A stretch of DNA of 63,153 nt, counting the filler, from Stramenopiles sp. TOSAG23-3 (Eukaryota), in assembly GCA_900128585.1 (NCBI GenBank). It is 9 parts of 9 records of this genome, joined end to end, with 100 filler letters (N's around TTAATTAATTAA, not from the genome) between each part and the next. Parts side by side here need not be neighbours in the genome. Positions count along the whole stretch, not along the records: positions 19,449 to 29,056 come from LT642900.1; positions 29,157 to 38,761 come from LT642901.1; 7 more parts are not named here. The stretch is one strand, 5' to 3'. The notes beneath the pieces are model-generated. The model was not told the origin of the DNA and did not search any database. It worked only from the letters and a program-made list of their open reading frames with translations. Made by a program: the position numbers and the translations under genes. The stretch's first letter is position 1. Every line of letters starts with the position of its first letter. Shown here piece after piece: positions 19,919-29,439 of this stretch.

Positions 19919-20374
19919 GTGGTCACGACAAAACGTATTAAAGCGGTACCTGCTACCTTGACGATCCTGATAGAGAGTATTATTGCTCGTTTAGAAGAAA
20001 AGCATGGGGAAGAAATGGTAAGAGAGGTTTTAACCCTATTGTATTTGTCTCGGAATGGTATAAGACAATCCGAAGCGTGTGAAATTCTGGGTGTCCCCGA
20101 CTCCAGGTTTTTGTCGTTTTTGTATTCGTTACAACCTCTTCTTCAGGTCTCCAAAAACACAGATTTTGATGAATTGATCAATCTTAGGTCAATAAGTGTT
20201 TACAATTCAGTCAATCGTAGGTATGCCTTGAAACAAGGCGAGTCGTTGATGTCTCAAAACATGCACCAGCGAATAATTCAGTATTTTCTTCCTGCGTGTA
20301 CAGAACAAATCATCAAGCAAGAGGATGGAAAATTGTTGATACCAAAGCAGCGTGAAGAATGTGTTCCGGGGTAG
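19919..20374 (+). CDS. Post-NACHT helical/winged-helix fragment (NPHP3/TTC41-like), opposite strand to the adjacent NTPase part
   Basis: PATLTILIESIIARLEEKHGEEMVREVLTLLYLSRNGIRQSEACEIL. Confidence 0.6.
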   Translation: MVTTKRIKAVPATLTILIESIIARLEEKHGEEMVREVLTLLYLSRNGIRQSEACEILGVPDSRFLSFLYSLQPLLQVSKNTDFDELINLRSISVYNSVNRRYALKQGESLMSQNMHQRIIQYFLPACTEQIIKQEDGKLLIPKQREECVPG

Positions 20375-21595
20375 ACCGATTCTTGCACTTTAAATATTCT
20401 GAATTGTTTTGTAGATCAATTTATTAGCACTTCTTGTAATTATACCTAATATTAAATGTTTACCAGTTCAATGTACAGTCAAAGGTTTAACTTATCGGTG
20501 CTTGTTTCTAATCTCTCACTTCGTTGTTCAATAAATGAATGAATGCATCAATATCAATTGTATCGATTGAAATAGTACGATCGATATACTTCGAATGATA
20601 GAGGAGAGTGAAAGGGAAACTTACTTATTCATATGCGATTGTGTTTATATTATTGGTTATAACTTCAACAACAAAACGAAGGAGAAACGTGATGATTGAT
20701 AATCTTAAGTTGTATAGTAACGCTATCTTTATATAAAATAGATAATGCGTTTCACATGGAGGACTTTCAGAATACTTACTTTCTAGACCAACTTGCCTAT
20801 GATTATAATATTAAATATATAATAAAATATAATTTAATAATAAAATGGTCTTCTTCTTCGTCATAGATTGTATTTTTTATTCGGTCTAACGTAATAGCTA
20901 GACCTATTTATAGTTATCTATAGAATTTAGAATATTATAGTCTATTATAGAAAGAGAGAATGGGAAAAGAAAAGAGAAAAAAGAATGAGAAAACAAATTT
21001 TATCAATTTTTTTGTCTTTTTTTTTTTTTTGGTGATGATGATGAACGCAGAAAAAATGAATGAAACGAATTAATTTGCTTGGCTTCTTTTTAACTTTTAA
21101 AATAAATAAATACGTAGACCTATTTAGTTGTATTTGACTTTGTACTGTTCTACGCGTAGCTGGTAGAGTCGTCTAATAATACTACGAGTAGTTATTATTT
21201 TATATAGCTTCTTATATATAGGAATAGTATTGGAATTTGACAACTATAAATAAATGACACTTTTTCTTATGTTATTGCTTGCTATGTGCCTATGCCTGGG
21301 GTATTAATACCGTATTAGGAGGTAGAATAGTAACTGTCTCGAGGAGTCTCGAGTCAGCGCATTTTTCTTTCTTCTTTTTTTTTTGTGGCCTGTGGCCTCG
21401 TCGGTACCGTACCTCGTACACGAGCAGATGATAAGCTTCATTTATGTTTTTATGTAGACGACAACTACGATCTTTGTTGGTAATTGATTTGTAACAATAC
21501 GCATTAACCTTCTTTGAAAACCGTTGGTTAAAATCTTTAGAAAATTGTTCGTCTTTTTCGTTGGTTTGTCTTTCCTCCCCTATTCGTTTACAGCA

Positions 21596-23110
21596 ATGAG
21601 ACCTACTACGCGGTTCGGGGTGGCCATTCTGCTGATCGCGGTGGCAGCAACGTTCGCTGTTGGCGAGAAATACGACGTCGGCGTTCACAAAAGTATTCGG
21701 GAAAAATTAGATGCATTTGGCTCCACGGATGCTGTTATAACATTTCGAAAAGATGCAAATTTGTCCAAGATGAGCTCTGCACTTCCCGATGACCTTACAC
21801 GAGAGGACATGCGCTGGAACGTCTACCACTTTCTTACGAGCCATCGCGACGAGCAGCAACGCCGTGTCTTAAATTATCTGGAAGGCGAAAACGTCGAGTT
21901 CGAAAGCTTTTGGATCGCAAATGTTATCACTGTCGGGAATATTTCTAAAACGGTACTGAATGGTGCCATCAAATGCTGCAGAAAGGACATAAAAAGCGTT
22001 GTTCCAGCGACCAATCTCAAACGCGTTGTGCCAAAGAAGTTGCAAAACGACGCGGGAAAGTCGAGCGTAACGCTGGCGTGGAACATCGAGAAAATTAACG
22101 CGGATAAGTGCTGGGCCAAAGGGAAGAATGGGACTGGTGTTGTTGTCGCAACCCTTGACGGGGGGGTGCGATACACCCACGAGTCTCTTGTCCATGGTTA
22201 CCGTGGCCACAACGAGGATGGGAGCTTTTCTCACGATTACAACTGGAACGATTGGGCCTACCAGAACAAAGTCCCTTTTGATAGCGAAGGGCATGGGACA
22301 AACGTGCAAGGCATCGCCACGGGGTCATTTTCCAGTGGAATTGGCGTTGCGCCTGGTGCCAAGTGGATCAGTGGGAAAATTTTTAACTACGCCGGCTACT
22401 CTGCAACTAAATGGACCCTAGGAGGGTGTCAATGGGTAATGTGCCCGTCCCCCGTAAACCAGCCAGGGAAGTCAGAAAATTGCTCTCTTGGGGCGGATGT
22501 TGTTAGTTGTTCGTGGGGTGAAGACGACGCAACAGAGCCATACTTAAAGAAGATTGTCAGTGCATGGCTGAAGGGCGGAATAGTGCCTGTGTTTGCAGTT
22601 GGAAATAGTGGCCCCCAGTGTGGCACATCGGTCAGTCCATCCGACTACTCTGGCGTTGTTGGGGTCGGTGCGACGAGCTCTAGCGACGATATTTTAGGCT
22701 TCAGCTCTAGGGGACCAGCCGCCATAAATGGATCTGGCGTACGTTTCCAGAAACAAGCAGCTGTTTCGGACTTGCCTTACACCGAGCTTGCGCCAGCAAT
22801 AGTGGCCCCCGGCTTTGACATTCAAGGCCCTAGCTACAAAGATGATAATGGGTACAGCGGAATGAGTGGGACATCCCAAGCTGCTCCGCACGTTGCAGGT
22901 GTCGCGGCAATATTATTATCAGAAAACAGCAAACTAACCCCAATGGATGTTCGAAAGGCCTTGTACTCGGGGGCGAGCACGGAATCGTTGCAAGATCCCG
23001 ATACTGGCTCTGACCATTGTGGAGGGGTGCCCTGGAACAAATTTCCCAATTACGTCTACGGTTGGGGAAGGCTTGATTGCGAAGGTGCCCTTGCATCTCT
23101 TGAGTCTTGA
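21596..23110 (+). CDS. Secreted subtilisin-like S8 serine peptidase (bacillopeptidase F-like)
   Basis: Signal peptide and propeptide. Catalytic D (VATLDGG), H (GHGT), oxyanion N (AVGNSG) and S (SGTSQAAPHVAG). Confidence 0.95.
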   Translation: MRPTTRFGVAILLIAVAATFAVGEKYDVGVHKSIREKLDAFGSTDAVITFRKDANLSKMSSALPDDLTREDMRWNVYHFLTSHRDEQQRRVLNYLEGENVEFESFWIANVITVGNISKTVLNGAIKCCRKDIKSVVPATNLKRVVPKKLQNDAGKSSVTLAWNIEKINADKCWAKGKNGTGVVVATLDGGVRYTHESLVHGYRGHNEDGSFSHDYNWNDWAYQNKVPFDSEGHGTNVQGIATGSFSSGIGVAPGAKWISGKIFNYAGYSATKWTLGGCQWVMCPSPVNQPGKSENCSLGADVVSCSWGEDDATEPYLKKIVSAWLKGGIVPVFAVGNSGPQCGTSVSPSDYSGVVGVGATSSSDDILGFSSRGPAAINGSGVRFQKQAAVSDLPYTELAPAIVAPGFDIQGPSYKDDNGYSGMSGTSQAAPHVAGVAAILLSENSKLTPMDVRKALYSGASTESLQDPDTGSDHCGGVPWNKFPNYVYGWGRLDCEGALASLES

Positions 23111-23182
23111 TTGCTTCTTTAAATATGAACTGCTGCGCGGTTAAAAATAATTTTTATTTTGTGTAACACGAACTAAATTAAT

Positions 23183-23271
23183 AGAACCAAGTTAGGATTA
23201 GGGTATGAGGAAGCTAAATTTTTTATTAATAATTATTACTTAAATAACAACAGCCAATTTTCTTGTTTTTA
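23183..23271. repeat. Dispersed bipartite intergenic element; also 31885-31973, 61443-61493 (part 1 only) and 58932-58987 (part 2, twice)
   Basis: Part 1 AGAACCAAGTTAGGATTAGGGTATGAGGAmGCTAAATTT; part 2 AACAGCCAATTTTCTTGTTTTTA. Confidence 0.9.
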
Positions 23272-23296
23272 ATTAACCAACTTTGATTGAATTTTA

Positions 23297-26200
23297 TTAA
23301 TAATATTTTCGACTGTATGATCCAAACGAATACGTTTCGTAATCTTCTGCGGTCGAATCGAACGGATCCTCGACACTGTTGCCAGGGCTGTAGGTGGGGA
23401 TTTGAAAATGTTCCTCTAGGCGCTGCTTAGTTCCCGGTGTCAACTTGTTCTCTCTGCCGTAGTCAAGAAGGATGTGCTTCCGTTGAGTGTTACGGCTGTA
23501 CTGCTTTTGGTAGTTTGAAATTTCTTTGCTTTTGAAACCTACTCCTCGGGGTAAGGATGTTGAAGACGGCGCTGTGCTTTGTCGAGACACCTGGCCATAC
23601 TCTCTTGGAAACGGACTGATTTCCACAAACTTCTCTTCTACGATGCTGCCATCCCTTTCTTCCTCGATTTCGGCAGGCACGTGCTTGCTGCTGTCTGCGC
23701 TGGGTACAGCAGATCTTTTGTCGGAAACTCCGAAGTACTCTTGGACGCGCTTTTTAGATCCTGGGGTCAAACGGTTTTGTGCTGCATACCCCTCAACAAT
23801 GTGCTGTCTTTGGGTTTTCCGCGAATATTTTCTTTCGTACTTTTCAATTGTAAACCCGTCCTTTGACTCTTGTTCGTAAACGCGTTGCATCAGCTGCACC
23901 TCTTCCGCATCTCTGAGGTCCTGAGCGACTCCCAATCCTGGTATTTCCATCGAATTATCCAGCACCACGGACATCCCCGAAGTGACTGAAGCAAGCGAGA
24001 GGTAGTCATCTACTTCTTGGTTCCTGTCTGCCTGCCATGAATTCGTAAAGGGGGATTGGTCCACCGTGTCATCGTCTACATTTTTTTCCCGCGCGAGAGC
24101 ATGCGATTCAAGTCTCGCATTGATTGAGGTGACAAGCGACACTCCCCTTTGAGCGCCAAATACAGATGAAGGCACGGTTCTGTTCAAAAGGTCAGGCAAC
24201 TTTCTGAAGCGGACGACCGGCGGCCTCTTCGTTGGAGATTTGATCGGCTCTATAGGGAGAGCTGCAATCCTTGCCAGTTCAGCTTCTCTTTCTGCACAAG
24301 CCTTTTCTTCCTCTATCCTCGCCAACTCGTTTGCTAGACCCTTTCTTAGCACGCTCTGGCTAACTATCTTGGAGAGCAGTTTAGCCCCCGCGATTGTGTC
24401 ATTTTGCCGCTTCAAAGCTATCTTGTGAAGTCGCTTTTTTTCTAACAACGCGGTCATCTTGTTGTAAAACACCTGATCGTTGTCGTAGAAAAATTGCTTC
24501 TTTAGATTGTTGGTTAATGCAATGGTCAGGGAGTTCTCTACCTTTACTAATGATGGCGCCATCTTTTTCGTAATGTCGTTTTCTTGCTGCTCTTGTTCAA
24601 TTTTTCGGAGTGCTACCGACCATTTGGACACGGGCAAAGGCTCTTGGTGCAACCCCATCGAGTTGGTCGCTTCAAGCTCGGTCGTAAATTTGTGCTCTTT
24701 GGTCCACTTTATGGAAGAAGCAGATCCGTTTATCGTTGGAACCTTCGGGACCTTGTTATGCTTGTGAAACACCTGGGGGAGCTCGATATTTTCGTAGTCT
24801 TCGATGGGATTCTCTGTAAGGGCCGTAAAGTAGTCGTTCTCTTCCGGCACAATGTCCTTGCTTAAATTGTCTAGGGTCTTTTCTTCGTAACCCGACTTGA
24901 TCAAACGAATGGCGTACATTCCGTCTTTTTCAAACTTTTTTGTAATCATATTTTCTGCCTTGGAAAATTGCTTGACCGCGTACGCCAACCGCTTTTCAGC
25001 AGTCCTGTAATGCTGTCCAGAGCCATTGCGGCAATTTTCAAACCAATCTGTAAACGTAGACATGACATCCCTTGTCTCAAGGGTGTCTTTGCAGGCGGTG
25101 GGGTTCGTAGATATGGTAACGGCGGCTTTTGAGCAGACGTCGACTACGGTAGCATTCCCTGCCCCACAAAGCTGCTTGAACACGGTGAAAACTTTGTCGC
25201 GCACGAGTCTGGCCTGGCTGTTCGTATGGGTGCACATGTTGCTTAATGCGATCGCGCACTTCAAGTACGTGTTCTGGGTCTTTGCGTGAAAATAATTTCT
25301 TGCCCCGATCCGTAATATTTGGTCCACCATTTTTACGCCCTGGGCTTGCACCAGATGAACCAGCCCCCGGCGAATCTGAGAAAATAAGCACAAGGCAGTG
25401 GCAACTTCGTTAGCCACGTCTGGGTTTTTTGACGTGGAGCAGGCCAGTAAGATCCTTGAAATGCCTTTTTCCAACATTGCCCCGCGCATGCTCACGCTTT
25501 TGAGGGAAAACAAAAACGCTGTTCTTGAAAATATTTGCTGCCTTGCCGTCAAAACATGGGTTTCTACGTCGGGCTCTTCCAAGAGGTCCCTCGGGATTTT
25601 GATGCCCCCTCGTTTTGTGAAGTACTGCAAGACCTCATCGTTGTTGACCTGCGCGTAGTAGTGCAACGCGACTGCCACCATTTTCTTTGTGCACAAGTCG
25701 TACGTTTTGGGGGGGTACGTCAAGAGCCTATCCAAGGCCCCATTTGCTGCAGCAAACTCTTTCGACGAAACGTTCAGGGAGCATGCAAAGGCAGCAATGG
25801 CACCCTCGCGATAAATCCGTCTCTTTTCGTCCGCCGATGGTTTCACTCGATCTTTTTTGCAGAGCGAAAATAGTTTGTTCAACGTCACGAACCCCTTGGA
25901 GGATACAAAGAGGGACGTAGTTTGGGGGCTGCATCCAAAGATGCTTAGCATGGTCATCAGCTTGTACCGTACGTCCCGATCTAACTCCTCCACGTTGTCG
26001 TCCACCATCTTTAGGAGGGCTGGGAGGACTTCGGGAAGTGGCTCTATTCGGCCCTCTTTTGCAGTAAACACGTTGAAAAACACTTTGCATATGTCCTTGA
26101 GAATTGCGATAGTGGGCTCCTCGGTGTGTGCCGTCTCTACCCGCAATATACACTCCGCAGCAGGACGCAGGGCGTCGCCGTCGTTGAGGGTGTTCCTCCC

Positions 26201-28951
26201 TTTCGCTGTTGCGCTCAAATTAATCAGGATTTTGTTTGCCATGTCCCGGCACATGTTGTTTATATCGTACATTTTTCCCGCACCCCAGGCAATGTTCTTG
26301 TTCAAGGGATGGTCGACTCCAGCATTTGCAATTAATGTGTAAAACCCGATGCACGATAATAGCCTGACTTTTGGCTGCTCCGTAGATGTTCGCAGCAGTG
26401 CGGTCAATATCAACTGTTCGACCCCTTTCGCGTTGACCACGTGCTTCCACGAGTCGGGGGGTGGCACGTGCGGGTACCCTGCCGCAGTGGCAGGGTGGTT
26501 TCCAACACTGACGTCTATGGGGCTGCCCGTGTCCTTAATTTTTGCGCAGTCTGGAGTGCAGGCGGGGTGGTACATGCTTTTGACGCCGTACAGTCTGAAC
26601 AGCAGTTTGTCGGAATCGTCGAAGCAAGCGATGTGACTCACGCACTGCGCTGCTCTCCGCCGTGTCAGTTCATGCTCCGACGACATCATGTCGACCATAA
26701 CAGGTATTGCGCCCACGGCGATCACCCGCTTCATATACTTTCCTTTCGAGAGGACACAAAAATTGTTGAACGCGCCCGCAACCCGTGAAGCAAGGTTTGC
26801 GGAAGTCTTGGCCACTTTCAGCAGCGCCTCTAAAATGCCAACGTTGATTAGGGCGCTCGCGTTCTGCTCATCAGAGCTTAGGGAGCACAGTATGGACACG
26901 GCCAATCCTCGAGTGTTGTCGTCGTCCGAGTCTGAAAGCTCTATCAACTCTTCCAACGCGCCCCCATCGTTGTATATGGCCCCAGCAGAGTGGAAGGCGT
27001 GGCTAATGTTCTGAAGCGTGGCTAAACAGAGCTCGTCCGTCCTGGGAAGCTTGGCAAATTTCATTACTTCTATGACCAGTTGGACGGATTTGATCGAGCA
27101 AAGGGGGGCTGCGAGGTCGGAATTTAAGGTAGAATTGTACAGCGCCCCGGCAAACAAGATCACGATCGACTCTTCTGGGAAAGACCTCAGCGCCAATTTG
27201 AGGCACTGCATGGCCACAGGAAAGTTGCGCTCGGAGAGGAAGTCCCGCAGCATTGGAACCATGGTAACGTGCCGCAGAGCAGTGGCAACGTACCCCAGAA
27301 TGGCTTTCTTGTACGCAAGGACTGTCTCGAGCTTGTCAAACATTAATGCTATGCCATCTTCAACGTCCGCTTGGACGACCTCGTAAATGCCCAAAAGGTG
27401 TTCGCTGGACAGAATGTCGCAGAGCGTACGGAGGGAATCAAACAAAAGCGAGTCGTCGTTGGTCGTGGTGGAAACCGCAATGAGGACCCTGAGGGCCCCT
27501 TGGCGGGCGCTCTCAAAAAGGAACGCTTCGTCGCTGCATATATGGAGCAGCCCGTTGATGCATATTTTCAAGCGTTCCTGAAGACTTTCTTTGTGCGCTT
27601 CGGACGTCGCTTTGTTGAACGCCTCGACGCAATTCAAAGAGATCGAGCGCAGGGTCGACGTTGCCCCCAGAGGGATTATTTTGTGCCGTCCGTGCGGGCT
27701 GCGGGAAACGTTGCCCAGCACGCCCAGGGCCAGCTGCACCGCTCTCTCCGAGTAATTCTGTGTAAATTCGATGACCAAACGGATCAACGCAAGGACACCC
27801 TCGTCCGCCATTTTCGACGCTGAGTCGAGCGAGCACGACATTTTGTACATCACAAATGCAAGCTTTTCCACCACGCTGACCCGCTCCCCGTGAAAGTTGT
27901 ACCTCTTTTCGTTCTCAATGATATCTTCTAAATGGATTTGAATTCTCCCGGTCAGGCCCAGGCCGATCATTGCCGTGGAGAGGCTGGGAAAAGTTGCCAA
28001 GTGCGCCAGAATCTGTAGGAGAATGTTCTGCAGCTCCAGAGGAACGTGAACCAGGCCTTGAAACATTTTTGTGCTAATGGCTGCGCATTCCCGAAACCAT
28101 GGGAACAGTCGCTGCTTTGACCGGCAGACAATGTTGAAGAGCGATTTGTACAACGCGCTGAGAACGACCACGTCGCTGGAGGCGGAATCGCTCAAAAAGT
28201 GCAGCCCGCGTTGCCACACTACCAACTCTACTCCTTGGGATGCCATCGAAAGGTTCACTATACTTCGAGAGACCCGGTACAAAAACACCTTGTCCCCCTC
28301 CAACCGAGTCCCCGCGTACACCAGATGCTCCACTATTCGGTGGCTGAGCAGCAGCTCGCTGACGTCCATGTTGTGGGCCAAATTGCAAAAAAACTCCCCG
28401 CACAACATCATGCGTTCGGATTCTGACGGCTTCAGCCGTTTCATAAGCTTTACTATCGTCTCGTAGCCACCGTCTCTAATAATTGGGCCGTGAACTTCCG
28501 GGTTCTTTGACATCTTGTGCAACGCTGCCAAGGCGTCCGTCGCCGATTTGGACAGCCTCAAGGGCCCGGCGACTTCCTCTTCGACCACTTTCTCTTCGGC
28601 AACCTTTTGAAGGGACTTTAGCTTCTCTTTCAGCTCGATCCTCTTATGTTTTAATTTGGCGTACGTCTCCTTGTTGTACCTTCTATCGTCCTCGATCCGT
28701 TGCTCTATTTCGGATATCTGGTTCTCAACGGAGGCCAACTTGTCGCAGTAAAGCTGCTGAAAGTCGTTCGCCTGGTGAATGACGGCCTTGCTACCGTTAG
28801 CGTTCCGGGACATGTAAACAAACCCGGACGTGTAGTTGCCCCTGGTTCCGAATAGGTCGCCTTCGTACTCGCGCTTGAGGAACGACTCCTTTGTATGTAC
28901 AATTTCTACGTTCCATCTTGGAACTGGTTTTTCTGGCAGTGGAGCTTCCAC
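23297..28951 (-). CDS. Large armadillo-repeat protein (~1900 aa), 5' end uncertain
   Basis: Recurrent ARM-type motifs (GALEELIELS, GAIPVMVDMM, ALGVLGNVS) and a low-complexity C-terminus. Confidence 0.8.
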   Translation of the reverse strand: MEAPLPEKPVPRWNVEIVHTKESFLKREYEGDLFGTRGNYTSGFVYMSRNANGSKAVIHQANDFQQLYCDKLASVENQISEIEQRIEDDRRYNKETYAKLKHKRIELKEKLKSLQKVAEEKVVEEEVAGPLRLSKSATDALAALHKMSKNPEVHGPIIRDGGYETIVKLMKRLKPSESERMMLCGEFFCNLAHNMDVSELLLSHRIVEHLVYAGTRLEGDKVFLYRVSRSIVNLSMASQGVELVVWQRGLHFLSDSASSDVVVLSALYKSLFNIVCRSKQRLFPWFRECAAISTKMFQGLVHVPLELQNILLQILAHLATFPSLSTAMIGLGLTGRIQIHLEDIIENEKRYNFHGERVSVVEKLAFVMYKMSCSLDSASKMADEGVLALIRLVIEFTQNYSERAVQLALGVLGNVSRSPHGRHKIIPLGATSTLRSISLNCVEAFNKATSEAHKESLQERLKICINGLLHICSDEAFLFESARQGALRVLIAVSTTTNDDSLLFDSLRTLCDILSSEHLLGIYEVVQADVEDGIALMFDKLETVLAYKKAILGYVATALRHVTMVPMLRDFLSERNFPVAMQCLKLALRSFPEESIVILFAGALYNSTLNSDLAAPLCSIKSVQLVIEVMKFAKLPRTDELCLATLQNISHAFHSAGAIYNDGGALEELIELSDSDDDNTRGLAVSILCSLSSDEQNASALINVGILEALLKVAKTSANLASRVAGAFNNFCVLSKGKYMKRVIAVGAIPVMVDMMSSEHELTRRRAAQCVSHIACFDDSDKLLFRLYGVKSMYHPACTPDCAKIKDTGSPIDVSVGNHPATAAGYPHVPPPDSWKHVVNAKGVEQLILTALLRTSTEQPKVRLLSCIGFYTLIANAGVDHPLNKNIAWGAGKMYDINNMCRDMANKILINLSATAKGRNTLNDGDALRPAAECILRVETAHTEEPTIAILKDICKVFFNVFTAKEGRIEPLPEVLPALLKMVDDNVEELDRDVRYKLMTMLSIFGCSPQTTSLFVSSKGFVTLNKLFSLCKKDRVKPSADEKRRIYREGAIAAFACSLNVSSKEFAAANGALDRLLTYPPKTYDLCTKKMVAVALHYYAQVNNDEVLQYFTKRGGIKIPRDLLEEPDVETHVLTARQQIFSRTAFLFSLKSVSMRGAMLEKGISRILLACSTSKNPDVANEVATALCLFSQIRRGLVHLVQAQGVKMVDQILRIGARNYFHAKTQNTYLKCAIALSNMCTHTNSQARLVRDKVFTVFKQLCGAGNATVVDVCSKAAVTISTNPTACKDTLETRDVMSTFTDWFENCRNGSGQHYRTAEKRLAYAVKQFSKAENMITKKFEKDGMYAIRLIKSGYEEKTLDNLSKDIVPEENDYFTALTENPIEDYENIELPQVFHKHNKVPKVPTINGSASSIKWTKEHKFTTELEATNSMGLHQEPLPVSKWSVALRKIEQEQQENDITKKMAPSLVKVENSLTIALTNNLKKQFFYDNDQVFYNKMTALLEKKRLHKIALKRQNDTIAGAKLLSKIVSQSVLRKGLANELARIEEEKACAEREAELARIAALPIEPIKSPTKRPPVVRFRKLPDLLNRTVPSSVFGAQRGVSLVTSINARLESHALAREKNVDDDTVDQSPFTNSWQADRNQEVDDYLSLASVTSGMSVVLDNSMEIPGLGVAQDLRDAEEVQLMQRVYEQESKDGFTIEKYERKYSRKTQRQHIVEGYAAQNRLTPGSKKRVQEYFGVSDKRSAVPSADSSKHVPAEIEEERDGSIVEEKFVEISPFPREYGQVSRQSTAPSSTSLPRGVGFKSKEISNYQKQYSRNTQRKHILLDYGRENKLTPGTKQRLEEHFQIPTYSPGNSVEDPFDSTAEDYETYSFGSYSRKYY

Positions 28952-28979
28952 TTTCTTCTTCTTCTTGCCGCGGCCCCGT

Positions 28980-29056
28980 TTGCTGCCTTCGACGAGAACA
29001 AGAACGGCCGGTTGAGCAGACGGGAGTTGTCGGACGCGCTGATTGCGCTTGGGTTT
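28980..29056 (+). CDS. EF-hand fragment on the strand opposite the ARM gene 5' end
   Basis: FAAFDENKNGRLSRRELSDALIALGF is a canonical EF-hand loop. Confidence 0.55.
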
Positions 29057-29439
29057 NNNNNNNNNNNNNNNNNNNNNNNNNNNNNNNNNNNNNNNNNNNN
29101 TTAATTAATTAANNNNNNNNNNNNNNNNNNNNNNNNNNNNNNNNNNNNNNNNNNNNGATGGTTCAACAAAACAATAAAAAAAAAAAGAACAACTGAACTG
29201 GCTGAATAAAACGATTATAATAAATATATAATAAATAGATATGATGCAAAAAAAATTCAAAAGAAAAACAAAAAGAAAAAATAGAAGGAACACAAATAGT
29301 AACAATTGGTTGATTGAATTAACATTCATTCCATTTCTCTGACGAAAATCCACAAGTCTTTTACCCCGCCTCGCCGGTGGTGCGGCAGAGGAAGTCAATA
29401 GCTGGGCTGCGCGGGAAACGACAAGGCCCAATCCTCCAT

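Noticed and set aside
21596-23110. Bacterial contamination or recent horizontal transfer suggested by the bacillopeptidase-like subtilisin
   Set aside because: It is flanked by eukaryotic genes and the host dispersed element, and has no operon context. Transfer cannot be assessed without a phylogeny.
23192-23203. Telomere (TTAGGATTAGGG)
   Set aside because: Only two imperfect units inside a dispersed element; not a terminal array.
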